From NCBI GenBank assembly GCA_964475675.1, contig CAYYZI010000002.1, positions 1-27,031 of the forward strand: a stretch of 27,031 nucleotides of DNA, written 5' to 3'. Below the pieces are notes generated by a model. That model was not told the DNA's origin, made no database searches, and was given only the letters and a program-made list of their open reading frames with translations. Source of the stretch: an uncultured Geminicoccaceae bacterium. GTDB lineage: Bacteria; Pseudomonadota; Alphaproteobacteria; Geminicoccales; Geminicoccaceae. Positions 9,121 to 17,848 of the stretch are shown piece after piece (position 1 is the first letter of the stretch; every line of letters begins with the position of its first letter). The translations under genes and the position numbers were made by a program.

Positions 9121-9271
9121 GGCGCGGAAATTGGAGAAGCGGAAGCGGTTTGAAAAGGGGGCGGCGGCGCGGCGGCATGACGCAGCCCGTGGCCACCCCC
9201 TCTTCACCTGCCCCGCGCAAGAGGCCAGACTGCGCAGGCCCACCACCCGTCGCAGCCTCGCGGAGCCGGCC

Positions 9272-10918
9272 ATGACCGATCCCACCCGCCTGCCCTCCTG
9301 GCAGAAGCTCGCCGCCCATGCCGAGACCATGCGCGGTCTCCATCTGCGGGAAATCTTCGCCCGCGACCACGACCGCTTCCGGCGGCTGGCGCTGCGCTTC
9401 GAGGACATGCTGGTCGATCTCTCCCGCCACCGCATCACCGAAGAAACCCTGGAGCTGCTCCTCGCCCTCGCCCGGGAGGCGGATGTCGAGGGCTGGCGGG
9501 ACCGCATGTTCCGGGGCGAGCCGGTCAATTTCACCGAGCGTCGCCCTGCCCTGCACATCGCCCTGCGCAATCGCGCCAACCGGCCGATCTTGGTCGAAGG
9601 CGAGGATGTGATGCCGGCGGTCAACGCCGTGCTGGCACGCATGCAGGCGTTCTCCGAAGCCGTGCGCACGGGGGCCCGGCGCGGCGCCGCGGATGAGGTC
9701 TTCACGGATATCGTCCATATCGGCATCGGCGGCTCCGAACTCGGTCCCCACATGGTCTGCGAGGCGCTCAGACCCTATGCCGACGAGCGCCTGCGAGTCC
9801 ATTTCGTCGCCAATGTCGATCCCGCCGATCTCGCCCTGACCCTCCGGCATCTGACACCGGGCCGCACCCTTTTCATCATCGCCTCCAAGAGCTTCGCCAC
9901 CCAGGAGACGATGAGCAATGCGACCCATGCCCGGAACTGGCTGGTGGCGGCGCTGGGCGAACAGGCGGTGGAACGGCATTTCATCGCCATCTCCACCCAT
10001 CGCCAACGGGTCGCCGCCTTCGGCATCGATCCGGCCAACATGTTCGAATTCTGGGACTGGGTGGGGGGCCGCTATTCGCTGTGGTCGGCGATCGGCATGC
10101 CGATCGCCCTCTATCTGGGCTTTTCCCGTTTCCTCGAGCTGCTCGAGGGTGCCCATGCCATGGATCGCCATTTCGAGAGCGCCCCGGCGGCCCGCAATCT
10201 GCCACTGCTGCTGGGACTGCTCGGCATCTGGTACGGCAATTTCCTCGGTGCCGAGACCACCGCCGTGATCCCCTACGACCAGACCCTGCACCGCCTGCCC
10301 GCCCATCTCCAGCAGCTGGAGATGGAGAGCAACGGCAAGGCGGTCGATCGGCAGGGGCGGCAGGTGGGTTACACCACCGGCCCGATCGTCTGGGGGGAGC
10401 CCGGCACCAATGGCCAGCACGCCTTCTTCCAGCTCCTCCATCAGGGTACCCGGCTGGTGCCCTGCGATTTCCTGATCGCCGCCCGGAGCCGCACCCCGCT
10501 CGGCGATCAGCACGACCAGCTGGTGGCCAATGCCCTGGCCCAGGCGATGGCTCTGGCCCTCGGCCGCAGCGAGGCGGAGGCGCGGGCCGAACTGGCCGCC
10601 GAAGGCCTCGCCGGCGAGGAACTCGAGGCCCTGCTGCCGCACCGTGTGTTTCCCGGCAACCGCCCCTCCACCACCTTTCTCTACGCCGAACTCACGCCCC
10701 GCCGGTTGGGCTCGCTGATCGCCCTCTACGAACACAAGGTGTTCACCCAGGGCATCATCTGGAACATCAACAGCTTCGATCAGTGGGGGGTGGAGCTGGG
10801 CAAGAAGCTGGCCACCCGCATCCTTCCCGCCCTGCGCGATCCGGCGCTGGCGGTGGAGGATCCGGCGACCGCCGGTCTTCTGACCCATCTGCGGGAGCTG
10901 CGCGCCTCTTCCTCCTAG
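9272..10918 (+). CDS. pgi: Glucose-6-phosphate isomerase
   Basis: ATG 9272 after GGAG. Motifs [72 protein letters not shown]. Confidence 0.97.
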   Translation: MTDPTRLPSWQKLAAHAETMRGLHLREIFARDHDRFRRLALRFEDMLVDLSRHRITEETLELLLALAREADVEGWRDRMFRGEPVNFTERRPALHIALRNRANRPILVEGEDVMPAVNAVLARMQAFSEAVRTGARRGAADEVFTDIVHIGIGGSELGPHMVCEALRPYADERLRVHFVANVDPADLALTLRHLTPGRTLFIIASKSFATQETMSNATHARNWLVAALGEQAVERHFIAISTHRQRVAAFGIDPANMFEFWDWVGGRYSLWSAIGMPIALYLGFSRFLELLEGAHAMDRHFESAPAARNLPLLLGLLGIWYGNFLGAETTAVIPYDQTLHRLPAHLQQLEMESNGKAVDRQGRQVGYTTGPIVWGEPGTNGQHAFFQLLHQGTRLVPCDFLIAARSRTPLGDQHDQLVANALAQAMALALGRSEAEARAELAAEGLAGEELEALLPHRVFPGNRPSTTFLYAELTPRRLGSLIALYEHKVFTQGIIWNINSFDQWGVELGKKLATRILPALRDPALAVEDPATAGLLTHLRELRASSS

Positions 10919-10950
10919 GCCCCGGCCGGCGCCGCATGGTTCGCCATTGC

Positions 10951-10983
10951 TTGATCTGTGCATGGAATAGGGGTATATTCCTA
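10951..10983 (+). promoter_or_regulatory. Sigma70-type promoter of the small lipoprotein, overlapped by a palindrome
   Basis: TTGATC-N17-TATATT. The -10 hexamer lies inside TAGGGGTATATTCCTA (10968-10983). Confidence 0.55.
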
Positions 10984-11014
10984 TCTGTTGAGTCAACAAT
11001 CACAGGACATCGGC

Positions 11015-11269
11015 ATGCGCAAACTCTTCGCCTCCTTCGGCCTTCTGGCCACTCTCGCCGGCTGCGCGCAGGTCCAGAGCGTGGGCATGGCGGCCATCGA
11101 ACAGCGCCGACAGATGAACGACATGCAGGCCCGGGCGACCATGGCCGCCACCTGCGACATCGCTCTCGGCGCCTATTACCGGGAACTGTCCGACATCGAA
11201 CGGCAGTATGCCGGCCTCGTCTGCGGCGGTGTCTATCCCGGCAGCGAAGCCCCGGCCGGACCGCGCTGA
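11015..11269 (+). CDS. Small predicted lipoprotein (84 aa), function unknown
   Basis: MRKLFASFGLLATLAGC is a type II signal peptide with lipobox LAGC. AGGA upstream, two further Cys, hairpin immediately downstream. Confidence 0.8.
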   Translation: MRKLFASFGLLATLAGCAQVQSVGMAAIEQRRQMNDMQARATMAATCDIALGAYYRELSDIERQYAGLVCGGVYPGSEAPAGPR

Positions 11270-11273
11270 GCCT

Positions 11274-11299
11274 GCTCCCGCCCCCCTCGGGGCGGGAGC
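11274..11299. terminator. 11-bp GC hairpin between convergent transcripts (no U-tract)
   Basis: GCTCCCGCCCC-CCTC-GGGGCGGGAGC. Confidence 0.5.
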
Positions 11300-11425
11300 C
11301 CCCGCCGCTGTCTTCAGTCCGATATGTCAATGGGAGGAGGGAGAGGAGAACGGCCTTGCCGTCCGTCGCGCGCTACCAGACGCGCCCACAAGCAGGTCCG
11401 CCATCGCGGCGGGCAGCTCCCGTAT
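11274..11425 (-). ncRNA. Candidate ~150-nt sRNA with a CCUCCUCCC anti-SD tract
   Basis: Promoter TTGACA(11459-11454)-N17-TAGCGT(11436-11431). Three short hairpins, a 19-nt pure pyrimidine tract and a terminal hairpin. No credible ORF. Confidence 0.5.
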
Positions 11426-11564
11426 TCTCGACGCTATCGCAATGGTATATTTCTGTCAAGAGAAATCGCGTATTGGTTGATCCCTGGAGCTGGTGGGCGA
11501 TCGGCAGCTTGTCCTGGCGCCACCATCCGGACGGGCCTCCCGATTCCCACGGGAAAGGAAGAGA

Positions 11565-11918
11565 ATGGCCGCGAGCGAGGCGTTCCTCACCCATCTCCTG
11601 GAGCTGATGGCCCCGCTCGGCGGGCTGCGCACCCGTCGCATGTTCGGTGGTGTGGCGATCTACCGGGAGGATCCGCTATTCACCCCGGTCGCCGGAGACC
11701 GGCTCTACTTCGAGGTCGACGAGGACAGCCGCGGATGGTTCGAGGCCCGGGATCTCGCCCCCTTCCGCCATGCCACCCGCCGGGGTCCGCGTCTGCTCCG
11801 CTCCTGTTTCGAGGCCCCTTGCGAAACGCTCGAGGAGCGGGAGGAAATGCTGCGCTGGGCGGAACGGGCGGTGGCCGCGGCGCGGCGATGGCGGATGCGC
11901 AAGGCGGCGGGCCCCTGA
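11565..11918 (+). CDS. TfoX/Sxy N-terminal domain family protein
   Basis: ATG 11565 after AAGGAAG. Motifs LGGLRTRRMFGGVAIY, DRLYF, EMLRWAERAVAAA. Confidence 0.85.
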   Translation: MAASEAFLTHLLELMAPLGGLRTRRMFGGVAIYREDPLFTPVAGDRLYFEVDEDSRGWFEARDLAPFRHATRRGPRLLRSCFEAPCETLEEREEMLRWAERAVAAARRWRMRKAAGP

Positions 11919-11939
11919 GCGGTCGCAATCGGCCTCGCC

Positions 11940-14786
11940 CTAGGAGGCCGTGGGCAGCGATCCCCCCGAACGGGCCTCTGCCCTGCCCTCGCGGCGGGCT
12001 TCCTCCGTCCCTGCATCGCCCTTCCCACCTCCGTTCCGCAGCCAGGCGGCGAAACGCTGCCGCGGCATCGGCCGGGCGATCAGATAGCCCTGGATCACCT
12101 CGCATCCCTCGGCCGCCAGAAAGGCCCGCTGAACCGGGCTTTCCACCCCTTCGGCGACGATCTCCATGCCCAGCCGATGGCCGAGTCCGATGATCGCCCG
12201 CACGATGCTGTGATACTGGGGATCCCGCTCCAGCCCGCGGATGAAGCTCTGGTCGATCTTGAGCCGATCGAAGGGCAGTTCGCTGAGATAGGCCAAGCTC
12301 GAATAGCCGGTGCCGAAATCGTCCAGCGCCAGCTTGACCCCCAGTTCCTTGAGCTTCTCCAGCGCCCGCTTGCCGGCAGCCAGATCCTTCATGAACACGT
12401 TCTCGGTAACCTCGAGCTCGATGCTGCCGGCGGCGATCCCCTGCTCCCGCAGGACGGTTTCCACGGTCTCCACGAGACGTGCTTCCTTGATGTGGGCGGC
12501 CGAGATGTTGATCCCCCAGACCATCCCAGCTCCGGTCATACCGGCGAAGCCGGCGATCATCCGCGCCGCCCGTCGCAGCACGTAGCGGTCGAGTTCGAGG
12601 ATCATGCCGCTTTCCTCGGCCACCGGCACGAACTCGGCCGGGCTGACCGGTTGCTCGGCCACCGGATCGTACCAGCGGAGCAGAATCTCGGCGCCCACCG
12701 TATGGCCATCGACGGTGGCGATCTGGGGCTGGAGAACGAGTTCCAGCTCCTCCTCTTCGAGCGCCCGCCGCAGGGCCTCCACCAGCCGCCGGCGATGGCG
12801 GTTGCGGGCGGAGAATTCCCGTCGATACAGCACGCAACGGCCCCGCCCCTCGCGCTTGGCGCGATAGAGCGCGAGATCGGCATGGCGCAGCAGCACCTCG
12901 CGACTGCGGCCATGCAGCGGGGCCAGGGCGATGCCCACACTGAGCCCGACATGACATTGGGTGGTCTGCAGCGTCACCGGCCGCCCGATCGCGGCCATCA
13001 GCCGCCGGGCCAGGGCGCGGACATCGGCCGGCGAGCGCGGGCCGTTGACCACCAGAGCGAATTCGTCGCCGCCGAGCCGGGCCACCAGGTCGGAGCTGCG
13101 GGCGAACTGCGTCAGCCGCTCGGCCACCGCCAGCAGAACCGCGTCGCCGGCCTCGTGGCCGAAACTGTCGTTGATCTCCTTGAAACCGTCGAGATCGATC
13201 AGCAGCAGGCCGAGCCCGGCGGTGCCGTCGTTCAGGCTGCCGTCGAGATATTCGGTGAGGCGATGGCGGTTGGCGAGACCGGTGAGCGGGTCGCTCATGG
13301 CCAGCCGTTCGACCTCGGCGAGAGCCCGTTTCTGCCGGGTGATGTCCAGCACGGTGGCGATCAGCCCTCCCGAGCGCTGCTCGAGACGCTTGGCCACGAT
13401 CAGCACATGGCGGGCGATGCCGTCCGCACCCTGCAGCACGGTCTCCAGACTGTGGGGATCGTGGTCCGAGAGATCGGCGAAGAATTTCCGCAGCCCGGCG
13501 GCATCCTCGAGGCTGACCAGCTCCTCCACCCGGCGTCCCTGCAGGTCCTCCGTGGGATCGCGCCCGAGCAGGAGATTGAGCGCGGGGTTGGCGTAGAGCG
13601 TTCGGCCCTCGCCCGCCACGTGCCAGATGCCGATGGGTGCGGTCTCGGCGAGACCGCGCCAGCGGGCCTCGCTGGCGGCGATCGCCCGTTTGTGGGCCTC
13701 GAGCTCGGTGATGTCGATGCGCAGCCCGACGCGGTCGCCGTCGGCAGTGCGGTGTTCGGTGATGCGCAACACCCTGCCGCCCGCGAGATGCTGAATCACC
13801 GGCTTTCCGTCGGCGCGGCGATGGCGCTCCATACGCTCGGCGATCCAGCCTTCCGGATCCTCGCCGACATCACGGTATTCCCCGCGCTTCACGCCGTGCC
13901 GCAGCAGCTCCTCGAAGCGGATCCCGGGGCGCATCAGCGGTGCCGTGCGGCGATAGATCTCGCGATAGCGCCGGTTGCAGAGCACCAGCCGGTCGTCCCG
14001 GTCGTAGAGGGCGAAGCCGTCCGGCAGACAGGCGATCGCCGCCTCGAGACGGCGATGGTTGACCGCTGCCCGTTCCCGGGCAATGCGGCTGCGCACGAAC
14101 AGCAGGGCGGCACCGAGGGCCAGCAGGAACATGTAGGCGAGCAGCACCATCATGTCCCGGACGAAGGCGATGGTCGCCTCTCTCTGGGCGTCGATCTCGC
14201 CGGCGATATGCTGTTCGATCTTGCGGTAGCGATGATCCAGCCGGCCGACCATGGTCTGCACCCGGACCCGCGCCTGGCGCAGCAGCGCGCCGGAGAGCTC
14301 GACGCCCAGCAGAATCTCGGTGCTGCGGCGAAGGCTCCGCAGATCCCCGCCCAGGGCCGGATCCTCCTTGCCGACCGCCTCCAGGCGGTGGCCATCGAGG
14401 CGGCTCAGCAGGGCGCGGGCGGCGGCGCGGATCGAGGCCTGCTGGAACGGCCCGGGATCCTGCTCTCCGTCGAGATAGGGCAGCAGCTGGAGCGCCGCGT
14501 TGGACACCTCGTCGATCAGCAGCACCCGCCGGATGCTGTGTACCGGCGAGGCCCGGGCCATGGCGTCCATCCTGTCCCAGATCCGCAGCCCCAGGAAAAG
14601 CGCTGCCGCCAGCAGCGCAATTCCCAGCAGGATCGCGACCTGCAGATGCCGCCCCGGGACCCCTTCCCCGCCACCCGGCCATCGCCGCAGGAATGCGGGC
14701 CGCCGGAATCCGGAGCGGGCCGCAGGACACGCGGCCAATCGGTTCAATGGGTAGGCCGAACGCACACCCGGATCCCCAGCGATCAT
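11940..14786 (-). CDS. Membrane-anchored PAS-PAS-GGDEF-EAL protein (c-di-GMP cyclase/phosphodiesterase)
   Basis: Two TM segments flanking a periplasmic region. PAS_7 (DGFALYDRDDRLVLCN), PAS, DPLTGLANR...RLGGDEF, EAL domain with GAEILLRW, DDFGTGYSSL and AEGVE. Start approximate. Confidence 0.93.
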   Translation of the reverse strand: MIAGDPGVRSAYPLNRLAACPAARSGFRRPAFLRRWPGGGEGVPGRHLQVAILLGIALLAAALFLGLRIWDRMDAMARASPVHSIRRVLLIDEVSNAALQLLPYLDGEQDPGPFQQASIRAAARALLSRLDGHRLEAVGKEDPALGGDLRSLRRSTEILLGVELSGALLRQARVRVQTMVGRLDHRYRKIEQHIAGEIDAQREATIAFVRDMMVLLAYMFLLALGAALLFVRSRIARERAAVNHRRLEAAIACLPDGFALYDRDDRLVLCNRRYREIYRRTAPLMRPGIRFEELLRHGVKRGEYRDVGEDPEGWIAERMERHRRADGKPVIQHLAGGRVLRITEHRTADGDRVGLRIDITELEAHKRAIAASEARWRGLAETAPIGIWHVAGEGRTLYANPALNLLLGRDPTEDLQGRRVEELVSLEDAAGLRKFFADLSDHDPHSLETVLQGADGIARHVLIVAKRLEQRSGGLIATVLDITRQKRALAEVERLAMSDPLTGLANRHRLTEYLDGSLNDGTAGLGLLLIDLDGFKEINDSFGHEAGDAVLLAVAERLTQFARSSDLVARLGGDEFALVVNGPRSPADVRALARRLMAAIGRPVTLQTTQCHVGLSVGIALAPLHGRSREVLLRHADLALYRAKREGRGRCVLYRREFSARNRHRRRLVEALRRALEEEELELVLQPQIATVDGHTVGAEILLRWYDPVAEQPVSPAEFVPVAEESGMILELDRYVLRRAARMIAGFAGMTGAGMVWGINISAAHIKEARLVETVETVLREQGIAAGSIELEVTENVFMKDLAAGKRALEKLKELGVKLALDDFGTGYSSLAYLSELPFDRLKIDQSFIRGLERDPQYHSIVRAIIGLGHRLGMEIVAEGVESPVQRAFLAAEGCEVIQGYLIARPMPRQRFAAWLRNGGGKGDAGTEEARREGRAEARSGGSLPTAS

Positions 14787-14885
14787 CTCCGCGACGGCGG
14801 GTACGCGGCTGGCCGGAGCCGTGCCGCCAACACCGGCCTTTGTAGGGCCTCTGCCGTTAACGAAGAATGAAACGCCGGCGGCAGC

Positions 14886-15161
14886 TCAGTCGGCGGCGGC
14901 GCGGTCCTTGAGCTCGGCGATCGAGGGCAGGCCGCGATCCCGGAAGACGCGGTCCAGACCCTCCATCAGCAGGCTGTGCATCTTCACCCGTTCCTCGAAG
15001 GCCAGGCGCCGCAGCTGCTCGTAGACGGGGATCGGCAGATAGACCGTCTGCTGACGCACCGACGGTCGGCGACGGGTCGGCGTCTGCGGTGCGGGAGCGG
15101 CCGCGGGCGGCGGTGTCTCCACCTCCAGCAGGGCGTCAAGCGAGGTCCGTTTGCGGCTCAT
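14886..15161 (-). CDS. Small ribbon-helix-helix protein, ParG-like partition partner (91 aa)
   Basis: ATG 15161 with GGAG RBS inside parA. Pro/Ala-rich flexible N-terminus, then beta-helix-helix pattern QQTVYLPIPVYEQLRRLAFEERVKMHSLLMEGLDRVF. Overlaps parA by 26 bp. Confidence 0.78.
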   Translation of the reverse strand: MSRKRTSLDALLEVETPPPAAAPAPQTPTRRRPSVRQQTVYLPIPVYEQLRRLAFEERVKMHSLLMEGLDRVFRDRGLPSIAELKDRAAAD

Positions 15162-15783
15162 GGGCGAGTTTCTCCAGCTTGCGGGCGATCCATGTCCAGA
15201 GCTGCCGGACCTCGGCCGCCGCCTTTCCTTCGGGCTCGTATTCGGTGACCGCCAGACCGGCCCCCTGCGCATCCTGGAAGACATTGCGGGCGACCACCGC
15301 CACCGGCGCCACCGGCCCCAGCACGGCCAGCCCGTTCTGGGCCTCGCGAATGCGAAAGCCGCGGGGCGGGGCCTGGCTGAGCACGAAACCGAAAGGCTTG
15401 CCCAGACGCCGGATGGTGGCCACCGTCGCCGGCTGGGCCTTCATGTCGGGCGGCGTCGGGCGACAGGGAACGAGGCAGAAATCGGCGGCGCGGATGGCCG
15501 CTGCCACCGCCGGTTCGTCGCGCCCCGGCGTATCCACCAGAACCTGGCTGAAGCCCCCGCGACGGGCGAGATCGAGCGCAGCCGGAAGATCTCCGGCCGC
15601 GACCCGCACCAGCTTCGGGGTCAGCGCTTCGCGGTCCTGATACCAGGCCTCGGCGCTGCCTTGGGGATCGAGATCGAGAATGAGACAGCGCTCCCCCCTC
15701 TCCTCCGCAGCGATGGCCAGATTGAGGCACAAGGTGGTCTTGCCGCTGCCCCCTTTCTGGGTGACGAAACTGACTGTCCGCAT
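15136..15783 (-). CDS. parA: ParA-family partition ATPase, short type Ib-like (no N-terminal HTH)
   Basis: Deviant Walker A QKGGSGKTT, LDLDPQGSA, Walker B VLVDTPG. Start ATG 15783 (or 15786) after GAGG. Confidence 0.92.
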   Translation of the reverse strand: MRTVSFVTQKGGSGKTTLCLNLAIAAEERGERCLILDLDPQGSAEAWYQDREALTPKLVRVAAGDLPAALDLARRGGFSQVLVDTPGRDEPAVAAAIRAADFCLVPCRPTPPDMKAQPATVATIRRLGKPFGFVLSQAPPRGFRIREAQNGLAVLGPVAPVAVVARNVFQDAQGAGLAVTEYEPEGKAAAEVRQLWTWIARKLEKLAHEPQTDLA

Positions 15784-15887
15784 CATCCGACCTCGTCTGC
15801 CCCGCATTCCGGGCGGCTCCGCCCCCTTTGGCACCACCTGCGTACCACAATACGGGCAGCACCGCAAACCTGTATCGCTGCATCCGG

Positions 15888-16367
15888 TTACACGCGTACC
15901 TCCTTCCCACCGCCTCGCCAGGCGAGATAGGCCACAAGACCCGGCGCACAGCGCGCCTCCTCGAGCTCCTCCACCGTCATCCAGCGGATGGCGACGATCT
16001 CCCGCCGATCGGGGAGCAGCCGCGGGGGATGGTCGATCGCCGCCTCGAACACCCATTCCGTAATCGCCCGGGCGCCCTCGCGAAACCGCAGACGGGGGCC
16101 GGGACGAAGCTCGCCGGCAGCGAGCTCGAGCCCGGTCTCCTCCCGGAGCTCGCGCAGCGCCCCCATCTGCGGCGCCTCGCCCCATCGCAGTCCACCGCCC
16201 GGCAGCGACAGGCCGCGGCGATAGGAGGGCTGCACCACGAGCAGCCGCTGGCCTTTCCAGACGGCGACGGCGGCCCCCCTGCCCTCCCCGCCCCGGACGC
16301 TCCACCAGAGACGGAGCAGACGCCAGGCGAGGCGGTAGAGGGCGCGAAAGGGCAGATCGGGCAGCAT
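15888..16367 (-). CDS. NUDIX hydrolase
   Basis: Perfect Nudix box GGLRWGEAPQMGALRELREETGL (GX5EX7REUXEEXGU). Probable ATG at 16367. Confidence 0.88.
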   Translation of the reverse strand: MLPDLPFRALYRLAWRLLRLWWSVRGGEGRGAAVAVWKGQRLLVVQPSYRRGLSLPGGGLRWGEAPQMGALRELREETGLELAAGELRPGPRLRFREGARAITEWVFEAAIDHPPRLLPDRREIVAIRWMTVEELEEARCAPGLVAYLAWRGGGKEVRV

Positions 16368-17088
16368 GCCGCATGCTGCCGCGGCCAGCGCGCGCCGACA
16401 AGTCTTCCGGTCCGGCCCCCTGTTTCCGGCAACCCTCGCCCGGGGTTTCCGCAGCATGGAACCGGCAGTCCGCCAGGATCCGCGCAGAATGTGACACGCG
16501 TATCGCCTTGTCCGCGGCTCCTGTTTCCTCGAGGAGCGACCGCAGCGAGCGGCGTCCCCGACTGGCGCCCGACTGCCTTCCGCAGTTCCGGCGGGATCCG
16601 GGCGCCCCCGCGGCGCGGCACGGGTGATCGCCCTGCCGTCGAAAAGGAGATCTCGAGGGAACCTGGTATGCCATGGGCCGCGTGTGCCCGTAGCCGCGTA
16701 GGCATCCCTTCCAGGAGGGCCGTTCCCTCTGCCTTCGAACGCGGCACCGAGCCGCCGCAGCCGAGCCTGTCGAGCATGGCAGATCCGCCCGGCCGCGCGC
16801 CGATGCCGGAAGGCGGGTTCATCGGCGACGTTTTTCATGGGATACGCGGTTCCGCGGCGCCTTTTTCCCGCGTATCCTCGTCTGCCATGACGCCGGGACA
16901 CGGGCTGGGCGCCCCCACACCGGTCCCCGCCGACCTCACCTCCACCTGTGGATCCGCTGGTACCATGCTCCGCGTATGCCCTTCTGCCCGGACCGTCCCG
17001 GCGAGCGGAGCAGGCGGACTTGCCGGGGAGCCGGGAGGCGCCGATACATTCCGAGGACGCCGGTTCGCAACAGCGGAGAAACCTCCAG

Positions 17089-17769
17089 GTGCCTGTCATG
17101 CTGATCACCGGGGCCAGTCGCGGCCTCGGCCTCGCTCTGGTCGGGACCTATGCCGCACAGGGATGGCGGGTCCATGCCTGCTGCCGCGTGCCGGAGCGCG
17201 CCCATGCCCTGCAGGCGATACGCGGCGAGGTGGAGATCCACCGCCTCGATGTGCGCGACCAGACCGCCTACCGGCCGCTGGCCGATCGTCTCGTCGAGGA
17301 ACCGATCGATGTCCTCATCGCCAATGCGGGAATCCCCGGGCCCAAGGACCGCATCGAGATGCTGGACATTCCGGGCTGGTTCGAAACCTTCCATGTCAAC
17401 AGCATCGCACCGCTGGTCCTGGCCGGTGCCTTCCACCATCACGTCGCCCGCAGCACCGAACGGAAGATGATCGCCATTTCCAGCATTCTGGGCAGCATCG
17501 GCGACAACCGCTCGGGCGGGCTCTACGCGTATCGCTGCAGCAAGGCGGCCCTCAACATGGCCTGGCGGTCCCTGTCTTGCGAGTTGCGCGAGGAAGGGGT
17601 GATCTGCACCCTGGTTCATCCCGGCTGGGTACGGACATCGATGGGCGGGGAGGGGGCGCCATTGGAGCCGCGCGAGGCGGCGGCGGCGATCTTCACCCTG
17701 ATCGCGGGATTGGGTCCGGCGCAGAATGGTCGGTTTCTCGACTATCGCGGGCGGGAAATCCCATGGTAA
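17089..17769 (+). CDS. Short-chain dehydrogenase/reductase (CsgA/C-factor-like subgroup)
   Basis: GTG 17089 after GGAG. Motifs LITGASRGLG, IANAG, catalytic YRCSK, VHPGWVRTSMGG. Confidence 0.9.
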   Translation: MPVMLITGASRGLGLALVGTYAAQGWRVHACCRVPERAHALQAIRGEVEIHRLDVRDQTAYRPLADRLVEEPIDVLIANAGIPGPKDRIEMLDIPGWFETFHVNSIAPLVLAGAFHHHVARSTERKMIAISSILGSIGDNRSGGLYAYRCSKAALNMAWRSLSCELREEGVICTLVHPGWVRTSMGGEGAPLEPREAAAAIFTLIAGLGPAQNGRFLDYRGREIPW

Positions 17770-17848
17770 CCAGGGCCGCTGACACGCGTATGCTGGTGCA
17801 CGCGGATACGCCGAAGGAAGCGGATTGGCGAGGGCAGGGGAGGGGATC

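Noticed and set aside
8378-10999. Apparent long N-terminal extensions or fusions of tag (873 aa) and pgi (824 aa, 8444..10918)
   Set aside because: Each extension is the antisense of the other divergent gene and runs through the intergenic terminator. The real starts at 9016 and 9272 give normal lengths.
12177-14870. 897-aa plus-strand ORF
   Set aside because: Antisense shadow of the GGDEF-EAL gene.
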